This document shows, one piece after another, positions 11,628 through 21,604 of a DNA stretch of 64,000 nucleotides. Under the pieces are notes generated by a model that saw nothing but the letters and a program-made list of their open reading frames with translations, had not been told where the DNA came from and did no database searches. Positions within the stretch are counted from its first letter, which is position 1. Each line of letters begins with the position of its first letter. Position numbers and translations under genes: made by a program. The DNA comes from Acidimicrobiia bacterium (GTDB lineage: Bacteria; Actinomycetota; Acidimicrobiia; Spongiisociales; UBA11373): NCBI GenBank assembly GCA_040878325.1, contig JBBDMM010000001.1, positions 62,001-126,000 of the forward strand, in the 5' to 3' direction.

Positions 11628-12683
11628 CTATTCGCTCACCCCCGACGAGGCCCCGATCGCGTCACGATATGCGGCCAGGTAGGCGCTCCGCACCACTTCC
11701 GGGCCGAAAAGCCGCGCCCGCTCGAGTCCCCGCTGGACCAGGGCGGCCCTCCGCGCGTCGTCGCCGAGAAGGCGCCCCACCTTCTCGACCAGGGCAGGCG
11801 GCTCACCCGCCGGGGCATACTCGGCGGCATCGCCGGCTACGGCGCGAAACGCCGGGAGATCGCTCGCCACCACCGCGCAACCGGCGGCGAGCCCTTCTAA
11901 CACCACCAAGCCGAAACTCTCTCCGCCCAGGTTCGGGGCGACAAGGACCGCGGCATCGCGCAACTCTGAAATCTTCGCCGGACCGCTCAGCCGACCGAGG
12001 AACTGCACTCCGTCCGGCCCCTGCGACCGCAGCGTGCCGATGACCCGCAGGACCGCCTCCGGCGCCATCCGCCGGACTAGCGGCCAAGCCTGAAGCAGCA
12101 CGTCGAGGCCCTTGCGCGCCTCGTCCCGGCCGAGGAACACCACTCGACCAGCAACCGGCGCGGCGGTCGGTCGATAGTCGTCGATGTCGATGCCGTTCGG
12201 GACGATCCGAATACCCGGGAGTCGGTCGATTGCCAAGGCCGCCACCGGGCTGACGGCAGTGACCACCCGCAGGCGCCTGGCGGCCAGGTCGAGGAGGGGG
12301 CCGCCTGCCCGGTATGCCATCCGCACGGCCCTGCTGGGGTCGGCATGGAATGTGCCCACCTTCGGCGGGGTGGCAGCGAACAGCGCACCAACGGAGACCA
12401 TGGGCATGAGCGGTTCGTGGATGTGGACGACATCGGCATCCCCTACCGCCTCACCCACGCGCTTGATGGCTCGGGGATCGACCGACACCGGGGCGCGCGA
12501 CCGGTTCACCGACAGCGACTTGAAGGAACCGACCGACCGGGTTCCCTCCGGCCCTCCGCTGCCTGGCGCCACCGCCCACGCCGTGTGGCCGGCATCGTTC
12601 AGCCATCTCACGATACGCGTCACCTGGTCCTGCACCCCGCCGGGAGCGTCGAACGCGTAGGGGCAAACGACGGCGATCCTCAT
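11628..12683 (-). CDS. pimA: GT4 glycosyltransferase, phosphatidyl-myo-inositol alpha-mannosyltransferase-like
   Basis: MRIAVVCPY...PGGVQ, HIHEP, GRDEARKG, GGESFGLVVLE; third gene of the pgsA-patA-pimA block. Confidence 0.85.
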   Translation of the reverse strand: MRIAVVCPYAFDAPGGVQDQVTRIVRWLNDAGHTAWAVAPGSGGPEGTRSVGSFKSLSVNRSRAPVSVDPRAIKRVGEAVGDADVVHIHEPLMPMVSVGALFAATPPKVGTFHADPSRAVRMAYRAGGPLLDLAARRLRVVTAVSPVAALAIDRLPGIRIVPNGIDIDDYRPTAAPVAGRVVFLGRDEARKGLDVLLQAWPLVRRMAPEAVLRVIGTLRSQGPDGVQFLGRLSGPAKISELRDAAVLVAPNLGGESFGLVVLEGLAAGCAVVASDLPAFRAVAGDAAEYAPAGEPPALVEKVGRLLGDDARRAALVQRGLERARLFGPEVVRSAYLAAYRDAIGASSGVSE

Positions 12684-13564
12684 CCCGTCACCCGGTCGCT
12701 GGGCCAGTTGGGCACGATCAGGTGCCACTGGGCAGGCGCTTTGCGAATGATGTCTTCGACCACTCCAGCCAGCAGGGCAACCCCGGCGGCGATTCGGGCA
12801 TCCTGGTCGGGCAGTTGGGGTAGCTCGATGGGTTCGCCCACCTCGATGGCATGGCCGGCGCCATCGGCGAAGTAGGTGCCGGCAGGAAGCAGCACCGCCC
12901 CGGTGCGGTCGGCGAGCGCGACCGGCCCCGCCGGAAGGGTGGTGGTCTCGCCGAAGAACTCGACCGGCACACCGGTCCCCGTGATGTCACGATCGCACAG
13001 GAGTGCGACCACTCCCCCGGCGCGCAGGCGCTGGAGTAGTTCCTTGCTGACCTGCGCGCCTTTTCGGGCGATGACCACGTCGATCGACATCATGCGTCGC
13101 ATCTCGATGAACCACTCGACGATCCGCTCATTGCCGAGTTCCTCGGCGACCGCCAGCACCCGGAGGTCCTCCTCGGCAGCGCGCATGCCCGCCATCTCCC
13201 AGTTGCCCACGTGAGGCAACGCCACCACCACCCCGCGCCCGGTCGCCACTGCGGCGCGGAGACGCTCGACCCCGTGGAACTCGGTCCTCGCCAGCGCGGC
13301 GGCGCGCCGCCGGGGCCGCATCCAGAAGGTCTCGGCCCAGTACCGGCCGTAATACCCGAAGACCTTGCGCGCCGACCGTTGCGCCTCGGCGCCGTCACCG
13401 AGCACCCGCGATTGGTGACGGACTGCCATCGCGAAGCGGTCACGTGCGATGAACGAAGCCACCCAACCGGCGGCGTGGCCCAGCCGACGCATCGCAGGCT
13501 CGGGCAGCAGGCCGAACAGTCCGGAGAGCACCCGGTAAAGGAGGTAGCCCAGATTCCGCTTCAC
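12680..13564 (-). CDS. patA: Phosphatidylinositol mannoside acyltransferase (PatA-like)
   Basis: YGRYWAETF, LPHVGNWE, LLCDRD, FFGETT.LPAGP, QWH; the GTG start overlaps the pgsA stop. Confidence 0.85.
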   Translation of the reverse strand: MKRNLGYLLYRVLSGLFGLLPEPAMRRLGHAAGWVASFIARDRFAMAVRHQSRVLGDGAEAQRSARKVFGYYGRYWAETFWMRPRRRAAALARTEFHGVERLRAAVATGRGVVVALPHVGNWEMAGMRAAEEDLRVLAVAEELGNERIVEWFIEMRRMMSIDVVIARKGAQVSKELLQRLRAGGVVALLCDRDITGTGVPVEFFGETTTLPAGPVALADRTGAVLLPAGTYFADGAGHAIEVGEPIELPQLPDQDARIAAGVALLAGVVEDIIRKAPAQWHLIVPNWPSDRVTG

Positions 13565-14154
13565 TCTTGCAGTTGGGCCCAGGTGCGATGGAAGCGCTGC
13601 AGGACCGTGAGCCATGACAGGATCGCCAGAATCCAGATGGTTGCCGGAAGGGTGGCGAGGCCGACACCGTGGAGACCGACGCCGATCCCGAAGACGAGCA
13701 GGCGTTCGGCTCGGCCCATCAGGCCGCCCTTCCCATCGAGCCCGGCGCCCTCAGCCTTCGCCCGGAGGTAGGGGATGAGCAACGAGCCGCACACGGCGAG
13801 CAGTGACAAGAGGACCAGAGTCGCCTCAGCGCGGCGTCCGAGGTAGAAGGCCAGCCCGGTCCAGGCGGCGACCTCACCGAGACGATCGGTGAACGAATCG
13901 AGCAGGGCACCTCGCGCCGTTTCCTGGTTCGTCAGGCGGGCGAGTACCCCGTCGAGGATGTCGAGCACAGCCCCGAACCCGAGGACGGCGGCTCCGACCG
14001 CCAGGTATCCCATGGCGATCAGCACCGCCCCACCGACCGAGATCGTGAAACCGGCGACGGTGATCATGGTCGGGGTCAACCCCAGCCGGGCGAGGAGGCG
14101 GGCGAACGGATCGGCGACACGCGAAACCTGTTTGCGGGCTCTGATGTCCAGCAT
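13561..14154 (-). CDS. pgsA: CDP-alcohol phosphatidyltransferase (phosphatidylinositol phosphate synthase)
   Basis: DILDGVLAR...GALLDSFTDR signature; YLRAKAE, GRAER; leaderless TAGGTT-cccccc-ATG. Confidence 0.88.
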   Translation of the reverse strand: MLDIRARKQVSRVADPFARLLARLGLTPTMITVAGFTISVGGAVLIAMGYLAVGAAVLGFGAVLDILDGVLARLTNQETARGALLDSFTDRLGEVAAWTGLAFYLGRRAEATLVLLSLLAVCGSLLIPYLRAKAEGAGLDGKGGLMGRAERLLVFGIGVGLHGVGLATLPATIWILAILSWLTVLQRFHRTWAQLQE

Positions 14155-14280
14155 GGGGGGAACCTAGCAGTGCGGCTACTCCGGCCGACCTTACCCGATC
14201 CGGTCTTTCGGCCCAGAGCGACCCATGACCCGTTAGTACACTCCGGCCGCACTCGATCTCCGGAAACCTCGGGAGGCTGG

Positions 14281-16323
14281 ATGGCTTCGGACAAGATCCG
14301 CAACGTCGCCCTCGTTGGCCACAGCGGCAGTGGAAAGACGATGCTCGCGGAGGCACTGCTCTTCACCGCCGGGGTGACCACCCGCATGGGCCGGGTCGAG
14401 GACCGGAACACGGTCACCGACTTCGACGCCGAGGAGGTGGCTCGCGGTTCCTCGGTCAGCCTGGCGATGGCGCCATTCGAGTGGTCCGGTCACCGGATCA
14501 ACCTCATCGACACGCCGGGGCTGTCCGATTTCATGGGCGAGGCCCTGACCGCCCTCCGGGCAGCCGACCTCGCCCTGTTCGTCGTGTCGGGCGTCGACGG
14601 CGTCGAGGTACAGACCGAAGCGCTGTGGAACATGGCCGGGGAGGAAGGCATCGCGCGGGCGGTCTTCGTCAACAAGCTCGACCGCGAAAGGGCTTCGTTT
14701 TCCCGCACCCTCACCCAACTCAAAGAAGTGTTCGGCACAGGGATCGCTCCGCTCCAGATTCCAATCGGCGCCGAGGCCGATCTCCGCGGGGTCGCCAACC
14801 TCGTTGGAGGTCGCGCCTTCACCTACTCGGCAGGAAACAAGGCTACGGAAGGCGACGTCCCTGAGGAGATCCATGCCGAGGTAGCCGCACTGCACACGGC
14901 GCTGGTTGAAGCAGTGGTGGAAACCGACGACGCGATGCTCGAAAAGTACCTCGACTCGGGCGAGGAGCCCACCGGACCGCAACTCATCGCGGGAATGCAC
15001 CGCGGGATGGTCGAGCGGACCGCATTCCCGGTCCTCTGCGGCTCGGCCACCGGACTCATCGGGATCGACCGGCTGGCGCAATTCCTCATCGACTACGGCC
15101 CGAGGCCCTCGGAGCGGCCGGCGCCGCCTTTGGCCGAAGGTGAAAGCCTCGACGGTTCCGGGGTCGTCGCCTACGTCTTCAAGACCATGTCCGACCAATA
15201 CGTCGGCCGGATTTCGATGTTCCGGGTGTTCCGGGGCGAGATCAACCTAGATGCCGATCTGCAGAACCCCAATCGGGGCGTCGCCGGCCGGATGCACAAC
15301 ATCTTTACGATGCGCGGCAAGGAGCACGCGGAGACCAAGCGCGTCGAAGAAGGCGATATCGCCGCAGTCGCGAAGCTCGAGGCGACGCTCGCCGGTGACA
15401 CCCTCCGTTCGCCAGGTTCGAAAGTCGTCATCGATCCGGTTCGGTTTCCCCGCCCGACGATGTCCCTCGCGGTCTTTCCCCGCTCGCAGCACGATGAGGA
15501 GAAACTGTCCACTGCATTGCACCGCGCGGTCGAAGACGATCCGACCCTGCGGTCCGAGCGCAATGTCGAAACCCATCAGACAGTGCTGTCTGGCCTCGGC
15601 GATGCCCACCTCGAAGTGGCCATCGCCCGGCTCCACTCCCGCTTCGGGGTCGACATCGACACCGCCCTCCCGAAGATCGCGTACCGCGAGACGATCCGGG
15701 GGACGGCCGAAGTCGAAGGCAAGCACAAGAAGCAGTCAGGAGGGCGGGGCCAATATGGAGTCGCCAACCTTCGCTTCGAGCCCCTGCGAGCCGACTCGGT
15801 GTTCGAGTTCGCCAACGAGATCAAAGGCGGTTCGATCCCGAAGCAATACGTCCCGGCCGTCGAAAAGGGGGTGGTCGAAGCTCTGCAGCGCGGGATCCTC
15901 GCCGGGTTCCCGGTGGTCGGAGTGAAGGCCACGGTCTTCGACGGCAAGTACCACCCGGTCGATTCCGATGAATTGTCCTTCCGGATGGCCGGTATCCTGG
16001 CGGTGCGCGAAGCGGCACCCAAGCTCAACGCCACGCTGCTGGAGCCGATCATGAGAGCAACCGTGCGGGTCCCCGAGGACCTGATGGGCGAGGTGATCGG
16101 CGACCTGAACGCCAAACGGGGCCGGGTGCTGGGGATGGATTCGGAAGGCGGGACAAGGGTGCTGACGGCCGAGGTCCCCCTCGCCGAGATGCAGAGGTAT
16201 TCGATCGACCTCCGTTCCATCACGAGCGGCCGGGGTTCGTTCGAGATGGAGTTTGCCCGGTATGAAGAGGCTCCACCGAACGAGGCTCAGCGAGTCATCG
16301 CAGCCACTCGTGACGAGGACTGA
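14281..16323 (+). CDS. fusA2: Elongation factor G-like protein (EF-G2)
   Basis: IRNVALVGHSGSGKT, DTPG, NKLD, HKKQSGGRGQYG, DGKYHPVDS, LLEPIM; ATG 14281 follows GGAGG. The G1 motif differs from canonical EF-G. Confidence 0.92.
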   Translation: MASDKIRNVALVGHSGSGKTMLAEALLFTAGVTTRMGRVEDRNTVTDFDAEEVARGSSVSLAMAPFEWSGHRINLIDTPGLSDFMGEALTALRAADLALFVVSGVDGVEVQTEALWNMAGEEGIARAVFVNKLDRERASFSRTLTQLKEVFGTGIAPLQIPIGAEADLRGVANLVGGRAFTYSAGNKATEGDVPEEIHAEVAALHTALVEAVVETDDAMLEKYLDSGEEPTGPQLIAGMHRGMVERTAFPVLCGSATGLIGIDRLAQFLIDYGPRPSERPAPPLAEGESLDGSGVVAYVFKTMSDQYVGRISMFRVFRGEINLDADLQNPNRGVAGRMHNIFTMRGKEHAETKRVEEGDIAAVAKLEATLAGDTLRSPGSKVVIDPVRFPRPTMSLAVFPRSQHDEEKLSTALHRAVEDDPTLRSERNVETHQTVLSGLGDAHLEVAIARLHSRFGVDIDTALPKIAYRETIRGTAEVEGKHKKQSGGRGQYGVANLRFEPLRADSVFEFANEIKGGSIPKQYVPAVEKGVVEALQRGILAGFPVVGVKATVFDGKYHPVDSDELSFRMAGILAVREAAPKLNATLLEPIMRATVRVPEDLMGEVIGDLNAKRGRVLGMDSEGGTRVLTAEVPLAEMQRYSIDLRSITSGRGSFEMEFARYEEAPPNEAQRVIAATRDED

Positions 16324-16339
16324 ACCCTGAAAGGGAACA

Positions 16340-17617
16340 ATGGCTGATCGCAAGGTCGTCCTGAAATACGACGGCGGGGAACTCGAATTCTCGATCGTCC
16401 CCGGAACCGAAGGGGGCGACGGATTCGACATCGGGAACCTCAGAGCCCAGACGGGCCTCGTCACGCTCGATTATGGGTTCGCCAACACCGCAGGGACGAT
16501 GAGTTCCGTCTCGTTCGTCGATGGGGCGGCCGGAGCGCTGCGGTACCGCGGCTACTCGATCGAGGATCTTGCCGAGAACTCGACGTTCCTCGAGGTGGCC
16601 TATCTCCTGTTCCACGGTGAGTTGCCCACCGACGCTGCGCTCGAGGCGTACGTCCACGACGTCACCCGCCACACGCTCCTCAACGAGGAGATGAAGCGGC
16701 TCTTCGATGCGTTCCCCAAGAGCGCCCACCCCATGGCGATTCTCGCCTCGGCCACCAACGCCATGGCCACCTTCTACCCCGATTTCCACAACCCCACCGA
16801 TCCCTACTCGGTAGAGCAGTCAGCGCTCCGGCTCGTCGCCAAACTCCCCACCGTGGCGGCGTTTGCCTACAAGAAGTCGATGGGACAGCCATACATCTAT
16901 CCGCGCAACGACCTCGACTACGTGTCGAACTTCCTCCACATGATGTTCGCCCTCCCGGTCGAGGAGTATCTGGCGAATCCGGTGGTGGCGAAGGCACTCG
17001 ACGTGCTGCTCATCCTCCACGCCGACCATGGCCAGAACTGCTCCACCTCGACCGTGAGGCTCGCCGGGTCGAGCCAGGCCAATCTCTTCACCTCGGTGGC
17101 GGCAGGGATGAGTGCTCTGTGGGGCCCGCTGCACGGCGGCGCCAATCAGCGGGTTGTCGAGATGCTCGAAGAGATCAACGAAGACGGACGCGACTTCAAG
17201 AAGTACATCAAAAAGGCGAAGGACCCCAACGACCCCTTCCGGCTGTGGGGCTTCGGGCACCGGGTCTACAAGAATTACGACCCGAGGGCGAAGATCCTCA
17301 AGGGCTTTGCATACGAGGTCATGGACCTGGTCGGCGGAGACGATCCGCTCCTCGACATCGCCGTCAAGCTCGAGGAAGCAGCGCTCGCCGACGACTACTT
17401 TGTGGAGCGTCGGCTCTATCCCAACGTCGACTTCTACTCCGGCCTGATGTTCCGGGCGCTCGGCTTCCCGGTGAGGATGTTCACTCCGCTGTTCGCCATT
17501 GGACGCCTCCCCGGATGGGTCGCCCAGTGGCGTGAGATGACCGGCGATCCCGAGACCAGGATCGGCCGCCCCCGCCAGATCTACACGGGTCACCCCGAGC
17601 GCAAACTCGAGAGGTAA
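16340..17617 (+). CDS. gltA: Citrate synthase (type II)
   Basis: LRYRGYSIE, HADH.QNCSTS, LWGPLHGGAN, GFGHRVYKNYDPRA, YPNVDFYSG, RPRQIY. Confidence 0.97.
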   Translation: MADRKVVLKYDGGELEFSIVPGTEGGDGFDIGNLRAQTGLVTLDYGFANTAGTMSSVSFVDGAAGALRYRGYSIEDLAENSTFLEVAYLLFHGELPTDAALEAYVHDVTRHTLLNEEMKRLFDAFPKSAHPMAILASATNAMATFYPDFHNPTDPYSVEQSALRLVAKLPTVAAFAYKKSMGQPYIYPRNDLDYVSNFLHMMFALPVEEYLANPVVAKALDVLLILHADHGQNCSTSTVRLAGSSQANLFTSVAAGMSALWGPLHGGANQRVVEMLEEINEDGRDFKKYIKKAKDPNDPFRLWGFGHRVYKNYDPRAKILKGFAYEVMDLVGGDDPLLDIAVKLEEAALADDYFVERRLYPNVDFYSGLMFRALGFPVRMFTPLFAIGRLPGWVAQWREMTGDPETRIGRPRQIYTGHPERKLER

Positions 17618-17662
17618 GAACGGTCAACCGTGTCGGCGGCCCTCCTGCAATGGGCGCGAGGC

Positions 17663-17711
17663 GACTGGCCACGGTGGACTGGCGACTGGAGACTGAGGAC
17701 TGGGGGCTGAC
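17663..17711. repeat. Degenerate in-phase heptamer array (GACTGGN consensus) just upstream of ORF 17712
   Basis: GACTGGC CACGGTG GACTGGC GACTGGA GACTGAG GACTGGG GGCTGAC, then TTG. Confidence 0.7.
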
Positions 17712-18314
17712 TTGTCTGATCTCACCGCTCGCGACGGACAGAGCGAGGACGGCGAGCCGATCGTCGATCTGACCGAGGAGGGTCGGACCGTCGGGTACGT
17801 CTACCTCGATGACGGGACGCTCTTCGCCGAGTTCCTCTCCGACGCAGAAGGCGCGCCATGGGCCTTCGACGTCGACGACCTGCAGCGCTCACTTGATGCG
17901 GCGCGGGCGATCCTGGATCCCGAGCCACTCGAAGGCACCGGAATCGGGCCGACCGACGGCGACCACCCGGTCGACACCCTCGCCACCGAGTTCGATGCCC
18001 TGGCGGTGAGGCGGGGCGAGGAGGACGAAGGGTTCTATCCGGTGGCCGTCGCGGCCAGCATCTTCGAACGGTGCACCGTGCTCGACCTCGCGGTCGTCAG
18101 CCTCGAGGGGTTCATCGTCCACCCGGAGTGGATCGAGCCGGCACCCGGGCACTCGGTCGACATGGGTGACGCCCACGACGGCGAGCCCTGGCCCACCTTC
18201 AAGGCTGGCTGCCACGTCCAGGGCCTCGCCGTCCTCGAAAAGTGGGCCCGACGAGCCGACCTCGCCGTTGCCCTGGAGGTCGGCGACCGGGAAGGCGACC
18301 GCTTCGTGCTGTGA
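17712..18314 (+). CDS. Hypothetical acidic protein
   Basis: 200-aa ORF with coding-like GC3 bias that fills the gap after gltA; no family recognised with confidence. Confidence 0.75.
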   Translation: MSDLTARDGQSEDGEPIVDLTEEGRTVGYVYLDDGTLFAEFLSDAEGAPWAFDVDDLQRSLDAARAILDPEPLEGTGIGPTDGDHPVDTLATEFDALAVRRGEEDEGFYPVAVAASIFERCTVLDLAVVSLEGFIVHPEWIEPAPGHSVDMGDAHDGEPWPTFKAGCHVQGLAVLEKWARRADLAVALEVGDREGDRFVL

Positions 18315-18369
18315 GTCAAGAATCAAGATTCAAGGATCAATGGCTGGTGGCTGGCGGCTCTTGAATCTT
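18315..18369. repeat. Heptamer arrays plus a 10-bp inverted repeat at a convergent gene junction
   Basis: GTCAAGA ATCAAGA TTCAAGG ATCAATG GCTGGTG GCTGGCG; AAGATTCAAG (18325-34) pairs with CTTGAATCTT (18360-69). Confidence 0.7.
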
Positions 18370-18834
18370 CTCCACATAGGTGCCCACCACCGTCCCTTCC
18401 ACCGCGTCGACCCGGACCAGGCCTCGCTCGGTGGGGGGGTCATCGGCACTGAACACCAGGACGTTCCACACGGGGCGCGCCCGCCAGCCGTCGAACCCGA
18501 CGGCGGCCGAAGCGTGACCCACCGCCATCGGGACCTCTCGATTGGCTACTTCGAGAGCCTGGGGATCGAGGACGGCAATGTCCCAGGCGGAGAGCGTGTG
18601 CCATAGAGCGATTGACGCCAGCAACGCCGCCGCAAAGATCATGCCCGGGTGGGAAATCGCGGCCAGCGCCGCCAGCGCCGCGGTCACGGCGTAGACCACG
18701 GCAGCGTTCCTCCGGCGGCGCGTCGACGGGATGGCATAAGGCGCTCGCTGGGTGGAGTCGAGATCCGGGGGCAGGTCGACCGCGCGCGCCACCTCTCCAG
18801 AGATCTCGATCCGGCGGCGGCGGCGCTCGCTCAC
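18337..18834 (-). CDS. Membrane protein with PepSY-like C-terminus
   Basis: Two hydrophobic helices, then PVWNVLV...VRVDAVEGTVV; start overlaps the stop of the upstream RND gene. Confidence 0.7.
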   Translation of the reverse strand: MSERRRRRIEISGEVARAVDLPPDLDSTQRAPYAIPSTRRRRNAAVVYAVTAALAALAAISHPGMIFAAALLASIALWHTLSAWDIAVLDPQALEVANREVPMAVGHASAAVGFDGWRARPVWNVLVFSADDPPTERGLVRVDAVEGTVVGTYVEKIQEPPATSH

Positions 18835-21428
18835 GAGCCGTTCAGGTCCATCGCCCGGCGTACGGCCCTCGGGTCTACCGGGTCGTCACCCCGGCGGCGA
18901 TGCCAACGGTCCCACAGCACCAACATGCTCGGCAGCACGAGGATCGCCCCGACCAGGGCAAGCAAGATCGTGTAGGCGGTGACAAGGCCTAGCTGCTGGA
19001 ACGGCACCAGTGACGCGGTCATCAGGATCCCGAAGCCGGCCACGGTGGTGAGCGCCGAGCCGGCGAGGGCCCCACCGGTGTTGGTGGTCGTGGAACGGAT
19101 CGCCTCCTCGGGAGAGGCACATCGAATCCGGTCCTCCTGGTACCGGTGGGTGATGTGGATCATGTAGGGCACGCCGATCCCGATCGCCAGCGCCGACACC
19201 GTCGCGGTGACGGGGCCGAACGTCAGACCAAACACCGGGAACAGCCCGAACGCCCACAGCATCACCAGGGCCACGGGGGCGATCGTGATGAGCCCGAGGA
19301 ATGGGCGGCGCGACTCGACCCAGAAGTTGATGACCAAAAGCAACGCCGCCGCGATCACCGCGATCACCAACGAAGAGAGCTGCGAGTCGCTCATCGACGA
19401 GATGACCACGTTGGTGATGATGTAGTCCGATGTGGGGACCGCCCGCACTCCGAGGTCAGATACCGGCGCGAACGCTTCGCGCACGTCCCCCTCGAGGGTG
19501 CTTGCGCCACGCTCCCCCGCCTGCGTCGTGATCGACACCAACGCGGCGTCATACCCGCCATCCGACACATGGATCAACCGGCTCGCCTCCTCGGGGGTGG
19601 CGGCGAACAGGGCGTCATAGAGGGCGCCGACGTCGGCGCCCGGTGACACCGTCCCGTCGGGGCCGAATCCGGCGTTGGCGGCCGCAGCCGCCAGGGTCTC
19701 GTCGTAGCCCGGGAGAGCCGGGTCGAGATGTGATGCGATCAGCGAGATCACCGACTCCGCGTCTGGGAATCCGCCATACAGAACGACATTGGGAACGCCG
19801 GTCAGGTTGGCGATCGATGTCGCCATGGCATTGTGAATCTCCGCGGTGGCGAGGTTCCCGTCGGCGACCAGCACATCGGTGGTCTCCCCGAAGCCGCCGG
19901 AGAAATCGGTGATGAGGGTGTCGAAGGTCTCGAGAAGCGGGTTCGGCCGTGGCACGAAGTCGGTGATGGAGAACTCGGAACGGAGCTTGGTGACGCCGAA
20001 CATCCCGGCCGCTCCGAGCAACAGAGCCACGATCACCGTCGGCACCGCCGCCTTCTCGGCAAGCACCGAGGTCCGGCCGATCAGCTTCGGAAGGAATCGT
20101 TCGCGGGTGGCCCCCATCCCCTGGCGGGGCAGGCGACCGCCCCGCTCCGCCCGCCGGTCGAGCAGGATGCGGAAGGCGGCGACGAACGACATCATGATCA
20201 GGAACGAGGCGACGATGCCGACGGCAGCGAGTATGCCGAAGTCCCGGAGCGCTGGTATCGGGCTCACGAGGTTGGTGAGGAATCCGACGGCGGTGGTGAC
20301 GGTGGCCAGCACCAGCGCCACCCCCACGGTGTGGATCGCCCGCTCCATGCCCGCGTCGACCCCTGCGCCGTTACCAACCTCTTCGCGGTACCGGGTGGTG
20401 AGGTGGATGGCGTAGTCCACCCCGAGCCCGATCAACAGAATGGGGACGATCTGATTCATCGGCCCGAAGTCGTCGATCCATCCGAGGTACTTCGGCCCGA
20501 ACAACACGCCGATGCCGTTCATCCAGGTCACGGCCATGAAGATCGCCGCCATCGTCAGCGCCATGTCGGCAACCGTCCGTCGAATGCCGGCCAGGCGGGA
20601 CTCGTCCGAGCGGGGACGCACCCAGTAGACGAATAACAGGATCAGCATGATGATCCCTGCCGCCATGCCGAAGAGTCGACCGACTTCGGCTTCGAATTCG
20701 TCACCGCTGGCGAAGATCAACTCGAACGAGAACGGCTCGGCGGAGTAGCCGGTAGGGAGTGCGGCGGTACGAATCGCCTCTGCGACGTCTACCTGGACGT
20801 CGAGGAAGTCTTCGTAGTCGATTGCCGGATCGAAGTCCGGGGTGGAGGTCGAGTCGTCGAAGCGCGGGGCGTTGAGGAACACCAGCACGAGCCCACGCGA
20901 CGCGGTGGGGTTGTCGAGGACGCGGTCGGACGACATCAACTGCAGTGCGACCCCCGAAACCTCGGGTGGAAGCGTCTCGAGCGCGGCAGCGTACGCCTGC
21001 TTGAGCTCGGCGTCGGTGGCGGGCGCGTCGATCTCGCCGTTCGCGATCGCCTGCCGAATCGGGAACACGTACGAGACGACGGCGGGCTCGCCGGGCCGGG
21101 TGATCAAGAGTGGGGCAAGGTCGCTGCCTTCGACGATGCCGGCGACAGTCTCGACCGTGTCGAGGCCATCGAGGTCGACCACGTCGCCATCGTCGGCCGA
21201 GATGAGCACCTGGAACACCGAAGAAGACGACTCACTCCCGAACAGTTCGCTGATCTCCTCTGCCGCGATAAGCGCCTCGGCATCAGGAGCAAAGCCGTCG
21301 TTGCCGTCGGTGAGCACGATCTGCCCGGACATGTATCCGAGGAATCCCGTGATGACCAGCATCGCCACCAAAACCGCCAGCGGGCTCCGGACGACCATCC
21401 GGGCCAAGCCTCCAATGACCGTCTTCAC
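18831..21428 (-). CDS. MMPL/RND family transporter
   Basis: Two TM repeats with GLGVDYAIHL and GIGVPYMIHI, TTAVGF and TTVAGF; AGGAGG SD. Confidence 0.9.
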   Translation of the reverse strand: MKTVIGGLARMVVRSPLAVLVAMLVITGFLGYMSGQIVLTDGNDGFAPDAEALIAAEEISELFGSESSSSVFQVLISADDGDVVDLDGLDTVETVAGIVEGSDLAPLLITRPGEPAVVSYVFPIRQAIANGEIDAPATDAELKQAYAAALETLPPEVSGVALQLMSSDRVLDNPTASRGLVLVFLNAPRFDDSTSTPDFDPAIDYEDFLDVQVDVAEAIRTAALPTGYSAEPFSFELIFASGDEFEAEVGRLFGMAAGIIMLILLFVYWVRPRSDESRLAGIRRTVADMALTMAAIFMAVTWMNGIGVLFGPKYLGWIDDFGPMNQIVPILLIGLGVDYAIHLTTRYREEVGNGAGVDAGMERAIHTVGVALVLATVTTAVGFLTNLVSPIPALRDFGILAAVGIVASFLIMMSFVAAFRILLDRRAERGGRLPRQGMGATRERFLPKLIGRTSVLAEKAAVPTVIVALLLGAAGMFGVTKLRSEFSITDFVPRPNPLLETFDTLITDFSGGFGETTDVLVADGNLATAEIHNAMATSIANLTGVPNVVLYGGFPDAESVISLIASHLDPALPGYDETLAAAAANAGFGPDGTVSPGADVGALYDALFAATPEEASRLIHVSDGGYDAALVSITTQAGERGASTLEGDVREAFAPVSDLGVRAVPTSDYIITNVVISSMSDSQLSSLVIAVIAAALLLVINFWVESRRPFLGLITIAPVALVMLWAFGLFPVFGLTFGPVTATVSALAIGIGVPYMIHITHRYQEDRIRCASPEEAIRSTTTNTGGALAGSALTTVAGFGILMTASLVPFQQLGLVTAYTILLALVGAILVLPSMLVLWDRWHRRRGDDPVDPRAVRRAMDLNGS

Positions 21429-21604
21429 GCCCGATTCCTCCTGGACTGCCTGATAACGGCCGCAAGGCTACGACGAGTCGACGCCGCGTCAAAAGACCCG
21501 CTGCCCGCTACCCGCCGAGTCTCCTCTCGGAGATCGCCGAGCATGCGGGAGAGTGCCTGCCGGGCGGGCTGCGGGGGCCAGCGTTTTCGCCGCGCCCGGC
21601 CGCC

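Noticed and set aside
17655..17711. GCGACTGGC...GGTGG resembling the start of a ZTP (pfl) riboswitch
   Set aside because: No CCACCGGGGAGCG continuation or 3' GCCTGGGC hairpin; explained by the heptamer array
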